Source: Candidatus Undinarchaeota archaeon
GTDB taxonomy: Archaea; SpSt-1190; JASMDC01
Assembly (NCBI GenBank): GCA_964519305.1
Contig: CAZFHY010000002.1
Span: forward strand, 32,001-96,000
Length of the DNA: 64,000 bases
Reading direction: 5' to 3'
Shown here in pieces: positions 1 through 9,975 of the stretch. The notes under the pieces were generated by a model. The model saw nothing but the letters and a program-made list of their open reading frames with translations, ran no database searches and was not told the DNA's origin. The first letter of the stretch is position 1. Each line of letters opens with the position of its first letter. The position numbers and the translations under genes are program-made.

Positions 1-537
1 GCGTATTGTAGCGCAGAAGCGCGCGAGCATCTCACGTTCCTCTCCTTGGAGCAGGACCGAGTCCTCCTTTCCCTCCCGGTCGGACCAGCGTAGTGCGATA
101 TGGGTTACAGCATGGTTGGCGGCCTCGGGAGTGCGGTTGGGCTCGAACTGTGTCTCGATATCAAAGGCAAGGACGCACAAATTCTCGAAAGCGGTCCCTG
201 AGAGGAGGTCGTCCACCCGGTCATAGCAGTAGCGCTGTAGGAACACGATATCGTTCTCGTACACTTCTTCGACACCAGGGATGTCCCTGGCGGCACGAGA
301 TACTTTTGGTGTGTCCGATGGTTCCTCCAGCACGACCCGCCAGATTCCCTCATCTTTCAGGAATGGCTCCACCACACGCACGCCTTCCATTGCCCTGATG
401 GCCTCCACTGCTGGCGTTTTGCTGAGCCTGGCCTTGAAGTATGGAAAGAAGTCCTCGACGATGGTCTGAGTAACCTCACCGTCAAGATACCAAGCCCGCA
501 GGTTCCTACCTCGAAGACGCTCCACGTGGAGAAGCAT
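1..537 (-). CDS. polB: Family B DNA polymerase, N-terminal and 3'-5' exonuclease region (runs off the left window edge)
   Basis: Not in the ORF track. Manual translation from ATG at 537 is open to base 1: MLLHVERLRG...FFPYF...VYENDIVFLQRYCYDR...LAFDIET. It resembles the archaeal PolB 'YEYDIPFxxRY' segment and ExoI 'FDIET' motif. Confidence 0.8.
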   Translation of the reverse strand, partial: MLLHVERLRGRNLRAWYLDGEVTQTIVEDFFPYFKARLSKTPAVEAIRAMEGVRVVEPFLKDEGIWRVVLEEPSDTPKVSRAARDIPGVEEVYENDIVFLQRYCYDRVDDLLSGTAFENLCVLAFDIETQFEPNRTPEAANHAVTHIALRWSDREGKEDSVLLQGEEREMLARFCATIR

Positions 538-571
538 TTGACCTGTCGATAACCTACGTCATTAAAAATAT

Positions 572-670
572 TTCCATATCGTGCTGTAAATCCTGAAAAA
601 AGCCCATATCGTACGATTTACGCCTTATTAAGGGTTAATAAGCCCTTTTTTTCCAAAAACTATATAACCA
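572..670. promoter_or_regulatory. AT-rich divergent promoter region between polB and tfe
   Basis: BRE/TATA-like AAAAACTATATAA (~655-667) upstream of tfe; inverted repeat TTATTAA-GGG-TTAATAA (625-641); CCATATCGT occurs twice. Confidence 0.55.
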
Positions 671-695
671 ACGAGTACATCTAGAATGAGTCCAG

Positions 696-1211
696 GTGAG
701 AGATGTGGACATGTTGCGAGAACCAATTTTGGTGGACACCATTGCGGGATATGGTGGAATCCGAGCCATTGAGGTGGTGAGAAAGCTACTTAACACGGAC
801 GAGATGTCCGAGGTTGACCTTGCTCAGGAAGTAGGGATCCCGGAGTCCGTTATCCGAGGTATCCTCTATCGGCTCTACAATCAGAAGGTCGTGAGCTTCC
901 GCAAGGAACGAGAGGCTAATGGCTGGTATGTTTACCATTGGACCCTGATGCAGGACCGTTTGCATCAGCTGGTGGAGACGAGGCGTGACATGACCTTGGA
1001 ACTCCTCCGGCGCCGTCTCGATTTCGAGCGCGGTAACCACTTCTTCCGATGTGAGAGCGGCTGTACGAAGACCACCTTCGAGAACGCCTTCGAGAACGAT
1101 TTCGTGTGCACCGATTGCGGTGCTGCCCTTCGCCAGCACGACAATTGCTTCCAGATAGAGGAGATTAACTCCTATATCACCCGGCTCGAGGGTAGCTGTC
1201 AGGCCTACTAG
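696..1211 (+). CDS. tfe: Transcription initiation factor E subunit alpha (TFE)
   Basis: N-terminal winged helix with 'R.ILY.LY...V...R.....GWY.Y.W', Zn ribbon C-ESG-C...F.C..CG..L...DN; start may be 705 or 711. Confidence 0.93.
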   Translation: MRDVDMLREPILVDTIAGYGGIRAIEVVRKLLNTDEMSEVDLAQEVGIPESVIRGILYRLYNQKVVSFRKEREANGWYVYHWTLMQDRLHQLVETRRDMTLELLRRRLDFERGNHFFRCESGCTKTTFENAFENDFVCTDCGAALRQHDNCFQIEEINSYITRLEGSCQAY

Positions 1212-1306
1212 ACCATCTCGGTCAGGCATCGTTCCCCCTTCCCTGGTGGCGCCTTGGCCCTGCTCCCATCGTGTTTTTATGTTTTGCCTGAGCCCGCATC
1301 GGCACG

Positions 1307-2665
1307 GTGAGCTCTTTGGATAAGGTCTTCCGCACGACGAGGAGCGTATGTCCGACCTGTCTGCGGGAGCTCGAGGCCGAGGTAGGCGAGGACGAAGGCA
1401 GGGTCTGGTTGGTCCGTGAATGTCCTGATCACGGTACGATCCGGGCCCCCGTGGGTGTGGAACCATGGTATCAGGAAGGGCTGTCCCGTGACTTCTTTGC
1501 CCTGAACGGTGAGGCGCCCGTCACGGACGACTACGATTTCCCAGTGTACAATCTTTTCCTGACCATGCGATGCAACATGCGCTGTCCCATCTGTTCGGTC
1601 AATGGTGGGGACGAAGGTAGCGAAATGAGCGGGAAGGATGTGGACGACTTCCTGTCCAGGGTACGTGGTGTACAGGTCAACCTGTTCGGGGGCGAGCCCA
1701 CACTTCGGGACGACCTTGTGGATATCGTTCGCCGTGTGCGTGCATCTGGGAACCTCCCCGTGCTCTTTACGAATGGGAAGCGTCTCCTTGAATCGGGCTA
1801 CCTCGACGACCTTCTGTCATCGGGGCTCGCTGAGGTGCGCCTCCAGTTCGATTCGTTCGACGACGCTGCACTGGAACGTCTGCGTGGCGAAAAGGTGGCC
1901 ACCCTCCACGAAGAAGTGCTATCAGCACTTGAGGCACGTAAGGTCCCTACTGTGCTCGAAGTGGCCGTCGCCCGCGGGATCAACGAAGGTGAGCTCGGGG
2001 ACATACTCCGGTACGCCGTGGACCATCCGTTCATACGCGCGGTGGGTTTTCGCTCGCTCACTCGCCTAGGTCGGGCCCGCAAGGAGAACGCGGCCGCTCT
2101 GACCAACGACGAGCTTGCGCTCCTGCTCGAAAAGCAGACGGACGGCCAGTTCACCCTCCGGGGCCTCTACCGTTTCCAGCGGCTGTTCTTTGCCCTCTTC
2201 CACGTACTGGGACGGCTTAACTGCTTCTACAACCACCACATAGTCCTGGTCCGGGAGCACGACGGTGGGTTCACACCGCTGCCCCGACTATTGGACCTAG
2301 CGGCCCTCGAACCGTCCTTGGACGCCTATCGTGAGCGTGTGGTGGATGGTTCCTGGTTCGCGACACCTTTCCTGCTGACCGCTCTAGCCCGGGCGGGACT
2401 CTCCCGAGGTGGACTACGGTCCGTTCGACTACTGTGGCGCCAACTACTCTCTCTGGTGACCGGCGGTACCGTGACCGTTTCGGGCGGGAGCGGAGGTGTG
2501 CTCGTCGTCGGATTCGGAAGTCCATGCGATATGCTCACTTATGACCTGGCCAACACCGGTTTCTGCCAGGGGGGCAACGTCTCCCTTAGCGGCATCGCGA
2601 CCACTGCCGATGACAATCTCCAGCGCGAACGTGACGCGATCGCGGGCGCCGGGGACGTCCAATGA
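1307..2665 (+). CDS. Radical SAM protein, tetraether synthase (Tes/MJ0619)-like, divergent
   Basis: N-terminal CPTC...CPDHG metal site, CxxxCxxC (CNMRCPIC), GGEPT, TNG, and C-terminal YDL...C. Confidence 0.8.
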   Translation: MSSLDKVFRTTRSVCPTCLRELEAEVGEDEGRVWLVRECPDHGTIRAPVGVEPWYQEGLSRDFFALNGEAPVTDDYDFPVYNLFLTMRCNMRCPICSVNGGDEGSEMSGKDVDDFLSRVRGVQVNLFGGEPTLRDDLVDIVRRVRASGNLPVLFTNGKRLLESGYLDDLLSSGLAEVRLQFDSFDDAALERLRGEKVATLHEEVLSALEARKVPTVLEVAVARGINEGELGDILRYAVDHPFIRAVGFRSLTRLGRARKENAAALTNDELALLLEKQTDGQFTLRGLYRFQRLFFALFHVLGRLNCFYNHHIVLVREHDGGFTPLPRLLDLAALEPSLDAYRERVVDGSWFATPFLLTALARAGLSRGGLRSVRLLWRQLLSLVTGGTVTVSGGSGGVLVVGFGSPCDMLTYDLANTGFCQGGNVSLSGIATTADDNLQRERDAIAGAGDVQ

Positions 2666-2704
2666 GAACCTTTTTTAAAAGACCATTCTTAGTGGGCAGA
2701 TAGC

Positions 2705-3679
2705 ATGCGCATCGTCTCGCCCCTCAACACGGCCACCGAGGTTGACGCCCTCGTCGATGCCGGGGCCAACGAGTTCTATGCTGGACTGCTCCCTGCCACA
2801 TGGAAGGAGCGGTTCTCCCACTGCTCGCCCATCAATCGCCGGGAATGGCCGCAGTCCAACTTCGCAACTGCCGAGGAGCTGGGCAAGGCGATCGAGCGGG
2901 CACACGAGCGTGGCGCCCCGGTGAACCTTACCATGAACGCCCAGTACTACACACAGGGTCAGTATCCAGTTGTGCTCAAGGAGCTGGAGCGAGCGCTTGA
3001 TCTGGGGATCGACGCGCTCATCGTCGGGGACATTGGGCTCATGCTCACCCTACGCGAGCAGGGCGTCCCTGCACGGCTCCATGTGAGCACCGTGGGGACC
3101 ACTTTCAACTCGCGTACGGCAAAGTTGTACGAAGAGCTCGGTGCCGCGCGCCTGGTAATCCCTCGCCACTTCACCCTGCCTGAGCTGGAACGCCTGCGCG
3201 CTTCCACCTCTCTGGAGCTCGAGTTGTTCATCATCAACGCCCTTTGTAGCTTCATTGACGGGCTCTGCACGTTCCAGCATGCTTTGGACGTGGAGGGCTA
3301 TCCCGACCTCTATCTTGGTCCTGAAGGATGCCACGCATGCCGCCTCACTTATGAGGTGGAGGCACATGGACCTGAGGCCGAGACCGCAAGAAAGCACTAT
3401 CGTGGATGGAAGTCACTGCTCACCGAGGGCAACTGCCACTTCTGCGGAGCATGCGCTATCTGGGAACTGGACCGCATCGGTATGGACAGTGTCAAGATAA
3501 TCGGACGTATCCACGACACGGAGCGAAAACTGCGCGACCTTTCTCTTATCGCGTGGGCCCGTGACCTGCTGGCAGAGGGACTTACCAAGAAGGACTTTAT
3601 CGAACGGGTGACGGCGCGATATGCAGAAGTGTACGACTTCCCCTGCGAACAGCGATGCTACTACCCTACGGCGGTGTAA
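2705..3679 (+). CDS. U32 family (peptidase-like Fe-S) protein, UbiU/TrhP-like
   Basis: AGA.EFYAG, DALIVGDIG, HVST, C.F.DG.C...H, CGAC, KIIGR motifs. Confidence 0.88.
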   Translation: MRIVSPLNTATEVDALVDAGANEFYAGLLPATWKERFSHCSPINRREWPQSNFATAEELGKAIERAHERGAPVNLTMNAQYYTQGQYPVVLKELERALDLGIDALIVGDIGLMLTLREQGVPARLHVSTVGTTFNSRTAKLYEELGAARLVIPRHFTLPELERLRASTSLELELFIINALCSFIDGLCTFQHALDVEGYPDLYLGPEGCHACRLTYEVEAHGPEAETARKHYRGWKSLLTEGNCHFCGACAIWELDRIGMDSVKIIGRIHDTERKLRDLSLIAWARDLLAEGLTKKDFIERVTARYAEVYDFPCEQRCYYPTAV

Positions 3680-3684
3680 CTGAC

Positions 3685-4497
3685 ATGGAACACGCGCTCT
3701 ATCTATCACGGACAGATCTTACGAAGGACCTGGAGGACCGGTACACGCGGGTGTACTTCGGTGCTGAGTTCTGCCAGAACCTCATCCCCACTGCAAAGGA
3801 GCTTGGGAGCGTGCTCGATCTTTGCGAGGAACGTAAGCTGGACCTCACCCTCCTCACCCCCTATGTCACTGACGCGGGGCTAGACAAGCTGGAGCCCCTG
3901 TTCGCCCTAATGGTCGAGCGCCGACCCGGGAGCGAGGTGGTCATCAACGATTGGGGTACCCTTCGGATGATCAACGACCGGTTCGATGCCCTCGTACCGG
4001 TTTTCGGTCGGCTCATATCGCGCCAGAAGCGCGGCCCCCGACTTTCCCTGCTAAAGGGCAAGGTGCCCGATGCTATGGTGGACCACTTCCGACGTCTGGG
4101 GATCACAGTGCCTGTCGTGCGGCGGTTCTTGAGCGAACAGCGCATCGGACGCATCGAGCTCGATTGGCCACTTCAGGGACTCGATGTCGATCTCGATTTC
4201 CCTGATGTAAAGATTAGCGGGACCTTGTACAAACCATGGATCTATGTCACGACCACGCGCCTCTGCCTCACGAACGCCTGTGATCAGCCGGAAAAAGTGG
4301 ACCGCGTGGGGATATTCCCTTGCGGCCGTGAGTGCGATAACTACACGTTCCGACTAACACATCCCACAGTACCCGTAGAGCTCGTGCTCAAGGGCAACAC
4401 CCAGTTCTACCGCAACGAGGACGTTCCCTCGGAGACGGAGCTGGAGGGGATGGGCATCGATCGCTTGGTGTTCGAGCCCGAGGTCCCTGGCGGATAG
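3685..4497 (+). CDS. U32 family partner protein (UbiV-like second subunit)
   Basis: RVYFG.EFC..LIP, EVVINDWG, GRL..RQKRGPR, TTTRLC, C..EC, KGNT; ATG lies 5 nt after the upstream U32 stop. Confidence 0.8.
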   Translation: MEHALYLSRTDLTKDLEDRYTRVYFGAEFCQNLIPTAKELGSVLDLCEERKLDLTLLTPYVTDAGLDKLEPLFALMVERRPGSEVVINDWGTLRMINDRFDALVPVFGRLISRQKRGPRLSLLKGKVPDAMVDHFRRLGITVPVVRRFLSEQRIGRIELDWPLQGLDVDLDFPDVKISGTLYKPWIYVTTTRLCLTNACDQPEKVDRVGIFPCGRECDNYTFRLTHPTVPVELVLKGNTQFYRNEDVPSETELEGMGIDRLVFEPEVPGG

Positions 4498-4506
4498 GCG
4501 GGGGAT

Positions 4507-5661
4507 GTGGTAGTTCGACGTGACCTTGCAGCAGCCCTTCTGGTCCTGCTGCTCGCCATCCCATATCACGCCGGTACGTTGACCGAACTCCAGGCCAATG
4601 CCCTAGAGCTCAAACCGGCGGACGAGGCACTCATGGCCGCTCCACCTCGGTGGGAGAACGGTACGATCTTCGTCGAATCACCTATGCGTCAGTATCCGAG
4701 CTCCCGCATCTATCTCATCCTCAGGTCCTGGTACGTCTATACGCCCGATACCGTGTCGTATCTGGAGGCCGCCGAGATGGTGTGCACGGGATGGATGGAC
4801 TGGCATCATTATCGCGTCCCCTTCATTCTATTCCCGCTGACAGCAGCGCCGCTCTACTGTCCGACACGCGCGCTCAACGCAATGGTCGCGACCAATCTCA
4901 TCCTCATGGCCGGGACGTTCTTCCTGGTATGGCGGATCCTGGGCCGGTTGGGCCTTGGGAGCTACGCGAGGACGGCCGTGCTGGGTTGGATGGTGCTATC
5001 GCCCCTCCCCCTTCGCGGTTTCACGCTCATGTCCGAGTCGGCCAACCTATTCTTCTACCTATTAGTGCTGGAACGCTTCCTCGCCTACGAGGCGGAGGGT
5101 GCACGTCACCGAAAAGGATTGCTCGTTGCAGCGGCCTTCTTTCTCCTGGGACGGCCTACTAACGCTCTCCTATACATGTCATTTCTCCTGTTCCGCCAGC
5201 TGAGGTCACGTCCCTTCGACCCACGGCTGCTCTGGCCGCTCATAGTGCTCCTCCCCGTGCTACCTGCAGTTGCCACGAACATCGAGCATGCCAAGTCCCT
5301 TGACCTCATGTACCGCAGCTGTGATGGATACCTTCCATGCTTCGCCCGCCACTTCAACCGGGGCCTGGCCGAGGTCGGTGCCTCTTGTGCTGTCGAGCAG
5401 TTCCTCCCGGACTCCATCGCCCAGGCGATATACACCACCGGCCTCCCGGCCCTGCTCGTTCTTGCGATCCTCGTTGTCGGACAGGGTCTGAGACAGGCGT
5501 TCGTTACGGGGCCCATGGCAATTCTCGCGTTCCAACTTGTGGCCGTTGTCCTGTACATGCCGCTCGCAGGCCATTACATCGGCTATCGCCATGTGATATT
5601 CGGTACACCCTTGTTGATGGGGCTCATAGTCGGGCTCTTGTCACCCCCGGCACAGGAGTAG
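4507..5661 (+). CDS. Polytopic membrane protein, GT-C glycosyltransferase-like
   Basis: Many TM segments, YTPDT.SY loop, 'MSES' and 'GRP' motifs typical of PMT_2/ArnT-like proteins. Confidence 0.55.
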   Translation: MVVRRDLAAALLVLLLAIPYHAGTLTELQANALELKPADEALMAAPPRWENGTIFVESPMRQYPSSRIYLILRSWYVYTPDTVSYLEAAEMVCTGWMDWHHYRVPFILFPLTAAPLYCPTRALNAMVATNLILMAGTFFLVWRILGRLGLGSYARTAVLGWMVLSPLPLRGFTLMSESANLFFYLLVLERFLAYEAEGARHRKGLLVAAAFFLLGRPTNALLYMSFLLFRQLRSRPFDPRLLWPLIVLLPVLPAVATNIEHAKSLDLMYRSCDGYLPCFARHFNRGLAEVGASCAVEQFLPDSIAQAIYTTGLPALLVLAILVVGQGLRQAFVTGPMAILAFQLVAVVLYMPLAGHYIGYRHVIFGTPLLMGLIVGLLSPPAQE

Positions 5662-5666
5662 CGAGC

Positions 5667-7475
5667 TCAGCAGTAGCGCTCCCGGCCAGCGGGCGTGAGC
5701 GTCAGCAGGTGTACGTCATGATCCCCCTCACCGAGCACTATGTACTCCCCGAGATCGCCTACAGTTTCCGATGTGTAGAGGTAGGCATTCTGCATGGTGC
5801 AAAGTGTGTCGCGCACGCGTCCGGTGTCGAGCACGAACCGGGGTGACGCTGGCGAGACCGACGCTGCCAAGGGGATAGCGCACCGTTGTGTCGCCGATTG
5901 GACCAGGTCCACGTCCCCTTGGATGAGGACGACCGCTCCCTCAGGTATCGATGAGATGGCGTCGAGGCCGGGACGGAGGGCCGGGTCCTCGAACGCTGCT
6001 GGTGGTGCAAGCTCATGGCGGGCGGGACCATTGAGACCGAACGTTGACGTACGCGCGACGGCGGGCAGGACCCGGAGGGTCGTGACCTCCGCCCGCACTT
6101 CGACGATACGCCGCTCGCGAGCGTACAGGACAGGAGCATGGTGCTCACTTGGGAATAGGAGCTGCCAGGTGGGATCGGGGACAACTTCGACGTCTGTAAG
6201 GATTGTCAGCACTGCGACCAGTGCGATGACGATCCCCAATACATTCCATAGCTGGTCTGGCTCTCGCAAGACCCGTGCTGTCCCTATGGTCAGGAAAACG
6301 ATCATAGGCGGGATGAATGGAAGGAAGAGGCGCTCCTTGTCCCAGTCCCAGCTCTCCTGGGGAGCGAGGATGATGAAGTAGGTAGCGAACCACAACAAAG
6401 CGACCATTAACATCCATCGCCGCTCCTTATCCCATATCCCGGTCAAGGCCATCGCTGTCAGAGGTATTCCGAGCCAGGCCAGGATACGCAGGAACGCGAG
6501 CATGAACGCCGGATAAGGGTAACCCGGTGTCCTGATGATACCGTTTTGGAAGTTCAATCTACCATGGAAAGGAAATGTCATGCTCCCTATCCGCTGGGCG
6601 TGAACCTGTTCCTCGCCATCAGAGGATGCCATGAGAGAGCGGTCACATAAGACATCATCGCGATAGGCAGCTGGATCGCAGAAGAAGAGGCAGCCTTGGG
6701 TCGGGTGGACGAACACGCTCCCGCACATGGACTGGTACCACAGCATCCAAGGGATCACGGTAAAGAGCGTGCCCAACGCGAACGCCAGAAGTACGGGCCC
6801 CCTTCGTGATGCCTGCGCGAGCCACCACAGGATAGGGATGGCGAGCACCATAAGGATGTGCAAGACTCCGCATGCGGCACCGTACACCATCCCCATCGCC
6901 AGCGCTGTACGGATCGAGGGCCTTCCCCGGAGCAGCAGCATGGCGAGGAGGGTGGTTACCAGGAGGATAACTGGACGATTGGAGTGGAACGGTCGGGGTA
7001 CGACCGCTGTCGTGGAGGGATCACCGAGGTGCTCCCAGAACAGGATGGTCGGGTGGAGGGCGACCAGGATCATGCACATCAAGGCGATTCCACGGCTGCG
7101 ACCCACTCGCAATGCGAGAACATAAGTGAGCAGGGCGGCCGTCGCCACGCCGAGACCGTGGACCAGACGCAGGCCGAATGTGCCGAAGAACAGGAACAAT
7201 GGCGCTGCCACCGCAGGTACCCCAACTCGCACCATGGAAGTGGGACTGGCATCAGGCATGGTCGGTACGGGATCGGTGGTGCACGTACCCAGCGCATCGT
7301 CGATGACCGAATTACGGGCCAGGCCCGTGATAGCGAGCAGCCAGTTCACGTCCTCGTTGGAGAACCGGAGCGAGAGGCTTGGATTGACCAGGAGCCCGTG
7401 GAGGAGCAGGATGACGATGAAGAGCAGGACGGGAGCTGCGTCCCATGGATCACGGAGCCCCTCCCTTCCGGCCAT
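5667..7475 (-). CDS. Large polytopic membrane protein, GT-C (PMT/ArnT)-like
   Basis: About 10 TM helices, first loop with 'NED', acidic QESWDWDKERL loop, soluble C-terminal domain; ATG 7475 preferred over TTG 7532. Confidence 0.55.
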   Translation of the reverse strand: MAGREGLRDPWDAAPVLLFIVILLLHGLLVNPSLSLRFSNEDVNWLLAITGLARNSVIDDALGTCTTDPVPTMPDASPTSMVRVGVPAVAAPLFLFFGTFGLRLVHGLGVATAALLTYVLALRVGRSRGIALMCMILVALHPTILFWEHLGDPSTTAVVPRPFHSNRPVILLVTTLLAMLLLRGRPSIRTALAMGMVYGAACGVLHILMVLAIPILWWLAQASRRGPVLLAFALGTLFTVIPWMLWYQSMCGSVFVHPTQGCLFFCDPAAYRDDVLCDRSLMASSDGEEQVHAQRIGSMTFPFHGRLNFQNGIIRTPGYPYPAFMLAFLRILAWLGIPLTAMALTGIWDKERRWMLMVALLWFATYFIILAPQESWDWDKERLFLPFIPPMIVFLTIGTARVLREPDQLWNVLGIVIALVAVLTILTDVEVVPDPTWQLLFPSEHHAPVLYARERRIVEVRAEVTTLRVLPAVARTSTFGLNGPARHELAPPAAFEDPALRPGLDAISSIPEGAVVLIQGDVDLVQSATQRCAIPLAASVSPASPRFVLDTGRVRDTLCTMQNAYLYTSETVGDLGEYIVLGEGDHDVHLLTLTPAGRERYC

Positions 7476-7578
7476 CTTATTTCTAGGGAGCGCACCATCT
7501 TTAAATGGGCTACGGATGGCGTCTGCGCCCAAGTCGCGAAGGAACCTTTAAGTGCGTTCCCTTGGAAGGGGGGGATAC

Positions 7579-8577
7579 ATGCTCGTGAGGATGTTCAGGC
7601 GCCTGTACAAGACCCTCGCTGAGGGCGGCAACCGCGCCATTTGGCTCATTCTCGCGGTGGTCCTCATCTACTTGATAGGTGTAGTGGGTATCTACCACTT
7701 CGAGCATGGGAAGAACGACATGATCACGAACCGGGAGGATGCTCTCTACTGGGGCGTCATCACCATGTCGACGATAGGGTACGGCGATATCTACCCCGTG
7801 ACCTTCGAGGGACGCATGCTCACAGTTGTGTTCGCTGTCCTTGGCATCTCGGCCTTCGCCGTGGCCGCGAGCGCCCTGTTCGAGTTCATCGTCACACGTA
7901 ACGTAAGGAGGCTTTTAGGAATGGAGCGATGCGACTGGGAGAACCATATAGTCATCTGCGGCTGGAACGAGACCGCCAAGTCGACCCTCAGAGAGCTGCG
8001 GGCCAACGATCCGCGGCCGGTTGTGATCGTCGATCCATCTACCGTGGAGGACACTTCCGATGAGGTGCTCCATGTAAAGGGTGATTACTGGAAGGAGAAC
8101 GTGCTGCGCAAGGCAGCTGCCGCCAAGGCCGATTTCGGGCTCGTTTCCACCGGTGACGACTCCCGGACCATCATCACTATCCTCCTGCTACGCCGGATCA
8201 ATAAGGATATCCAGATAGTCGCCGAGGCGCTTGACGAGGGTAACGGCGAGCTCATGAAGCAGGCCGGGGCCCTGGTGGTCAACTCCTCCTCCTTCGGTGG
8301 CCGCCTCCTGGCGAGCTTCGTTTTCGAGGCAGGTGTGACCCGGCTATTCGAGGAACTGTCCACCTCTTCCTTCGGGAACGACGTGTTCGAGTTCCCTGCA
8401 CCCCGCACGGGCACGTTCGGAGACCTCCTGACCGAACTGAAGAAGGAGCAGAACATCATCATCGTGGGTATCAAGGCCAAGGACGCTATCAATGCCAATC
8501 CTCCCTGGGACCACAAGATCGATGAAGGGGAAGTGCTCATGGCCCTTGGTGTGGAGGAGCACGAGAAGAGCGAGTGA
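7579..8577 (+). CDS. Potassium channel, 2TM plus RCK domain (MthK/Kch-like)
   Basis: Selectivity filter TIGYGD, NHIVICGW TrkA-N domain, TrkA-C 'NPP.D..I' motif. Confidence 0.93.
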   Translation: MLVRMFRRLYKTLAEGGNRAIWLILAVVLIYLIGVVGIYHFEHGKNDMITNREDALYWGVITMSTIGYGDIYPVTFEGRMLTVVFAVLGISAFAVAASALFEFIVTRNVRRLLGMERCDWENHIVICGWNETAKSTLRELRANDPRPVVIVDPSTVEDTSDEVLHVKGDYWKENVLRKAAAAKADFGLVSTGDDSRTIITILLLRRINKDIQIVAEALDEGNGELMKQAGALVVNSSSFGGRLLASFVFEAGVTRLFEELSTSSFGNDVFEFPAPRTGTFGDLLTELKKEQNIIIVGIKAKDAINANPPWDHKIDEGEVLMALGVEEHEKSE

Positions 8578-8580
8578 TCC

Positions 8581-9975
8581 CTACCGCCCCAGGACCATTC
8601 CCCGGAGCATCCCCAATCCCACACGCACTTCGTCCAATCGGCGCTCTCGCACTACCTTCATCGCTTCTCGAGCGAACACCCGTGGCCTGAGGATGAAGGT
8701 GCGGAACGCTTCGTCCGCCAGTTCCTCGATCTCCTTGGGCGTGAGGGCATCAGTGCGCACCGCAGCATGTCGTTCGTCCATGGTATCGCCTGCAAGGTTG
8801 CCGCTCTGCGCCACTTCCTTGTGGAATGGAGTGCCCTCATAGGGTGAGGCCACGAAGAATGAGCAGTAGTCCGCGTCCACCTCGAGGACGAGGTCCAGAG
8901 TCTGCTGTACGGTCTCCCGGGTCTCCCCGGGCAGCCCTACCATGGCCGAGAACACGATCTCAAGGCCCGCCTCCCGGGTGAGCTTGGCAGCCTTGCGGAC
9001 CTGGTCGGGTGTTATACCTTTACTACAGGCACTGAGCACATCGGTCGAACCTGATTCGAGCCCGTAGAAGATGTACCTGCACCCTGCCCGTTTCATGGCC
9101 GCAAGCATCTCGGCATCCACTGTATCGACCCGTGCATTGCAGGTCCATCCGACGTCGAGGTCCTCGGCCACAAGACGTTGGCACAGTTCCAGTACGAACC
9201 GCCTGTCCTGGGTGAATGTATCGGCGTAGAACGCCACCGTAGGGATATCCAGCTCACGGACAACGTGGGCCACCTCCTCGACGATAGCTGCCGGCTCCCT
9301 GTACCGGGCACGGTTCCCGTAGAGCAGGGGCGCAGTGCAGAACGAGCACCTGTGGGGACATCCCCGCCCGGCCAGTACGGTGGTGTAACGTTCACCGGTG
9401 AACACGAAACGATACCTGTCGAGGTCGATCAGGTGACGAGCGGGATATGGTAGAGCGTCCAGTTCGAGGAAAGGCCGCCGTGGAGCCTTCATGACCTTCC
9501 CATCGGACCCCCTGGCAACCAGTCCGGGTACACCTGCGGGGGGACGCCCGCTCTCCAACCGAGCGGCCAGCTCGTCCACTGTACCCTCGATCTCGCCCGT
9601 GAGGACCGAATCGGCACCGTCCGCAAGGAGGCGTGCAGGATGAGCTGTGGGTAGCGTACCGGTCACCGTTACATGGGCGTCCGGTGCCTTGTCCTTCATG
9701 GTCCTGACCAGCGCCATGTCGTCCTCATAGGTGGTCGGGGATACGTTGATGAGCACGAGGTCAGCTGAGTTCAGCTCACCGAGCGGTGCGGCGACACCAT
9801 CGTGCACCTCTGCGATCCATCCCCGCCGTTCGAGCACGGCCGCGGGATAGATAAGGCTCAGTGGGACCAGTGTCAGCAGCTCAACCTGCCCTTCCCCGGT
9901 ACAGCGCCCCTCCCTGCCGGCACATCTGCGGGACGGGACGGGGGGATTGATGAGGAGTGCGCGACGTGCGCTCAT
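8581..9975 (-). CDS. B12-binding domain radical SAM protein (class B-like)
   Basis: N-terminal cobalamin-binding-like region, GEIE, LP.PAR, RGCPHRCSFC, GLESGS, GLPGET, PY.GT. Confidence 0.9.
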   Translation of the reverse strand: MSARRALLINPPVPSRRCAGREGRCTGEGQVELLTLVPLSLIYPAAVLERRGWIAEVHDGVAAPLGELNSADLVLINVSPTTYEDDMALVRTMKDKAPDAHVTVTGTLPTAHPARLLADGADSVLTGEIEGTVDELAARLESGRPPAGVPGLVARGSDGKVMKAPRRPFLELDALPYPARHLIDLDRYRFVFTGERYTTVLAGRGCPHRCSFCTAPLLYGNRARYREPAAIVEEVAHVVRELDIPTVAFYADTFTQDRRFVLELCQRLVAEDLDVGWTCNARVDTVDAEMLAAMKRAGCRYIFYGLESGSTDVLSACSKGITPDQVRKAAKLTREAGLEIVFSAMVGLPGETRETVQQTLDLVLEVDADYCSFFVASPYEGTPFHKEVAQSGNLAGDTMDERHAAVRTDALTPKEIEELADEAFRTFILRPRVFAREAMKVVRERRLDEVRVGLGMLRGMVLGR

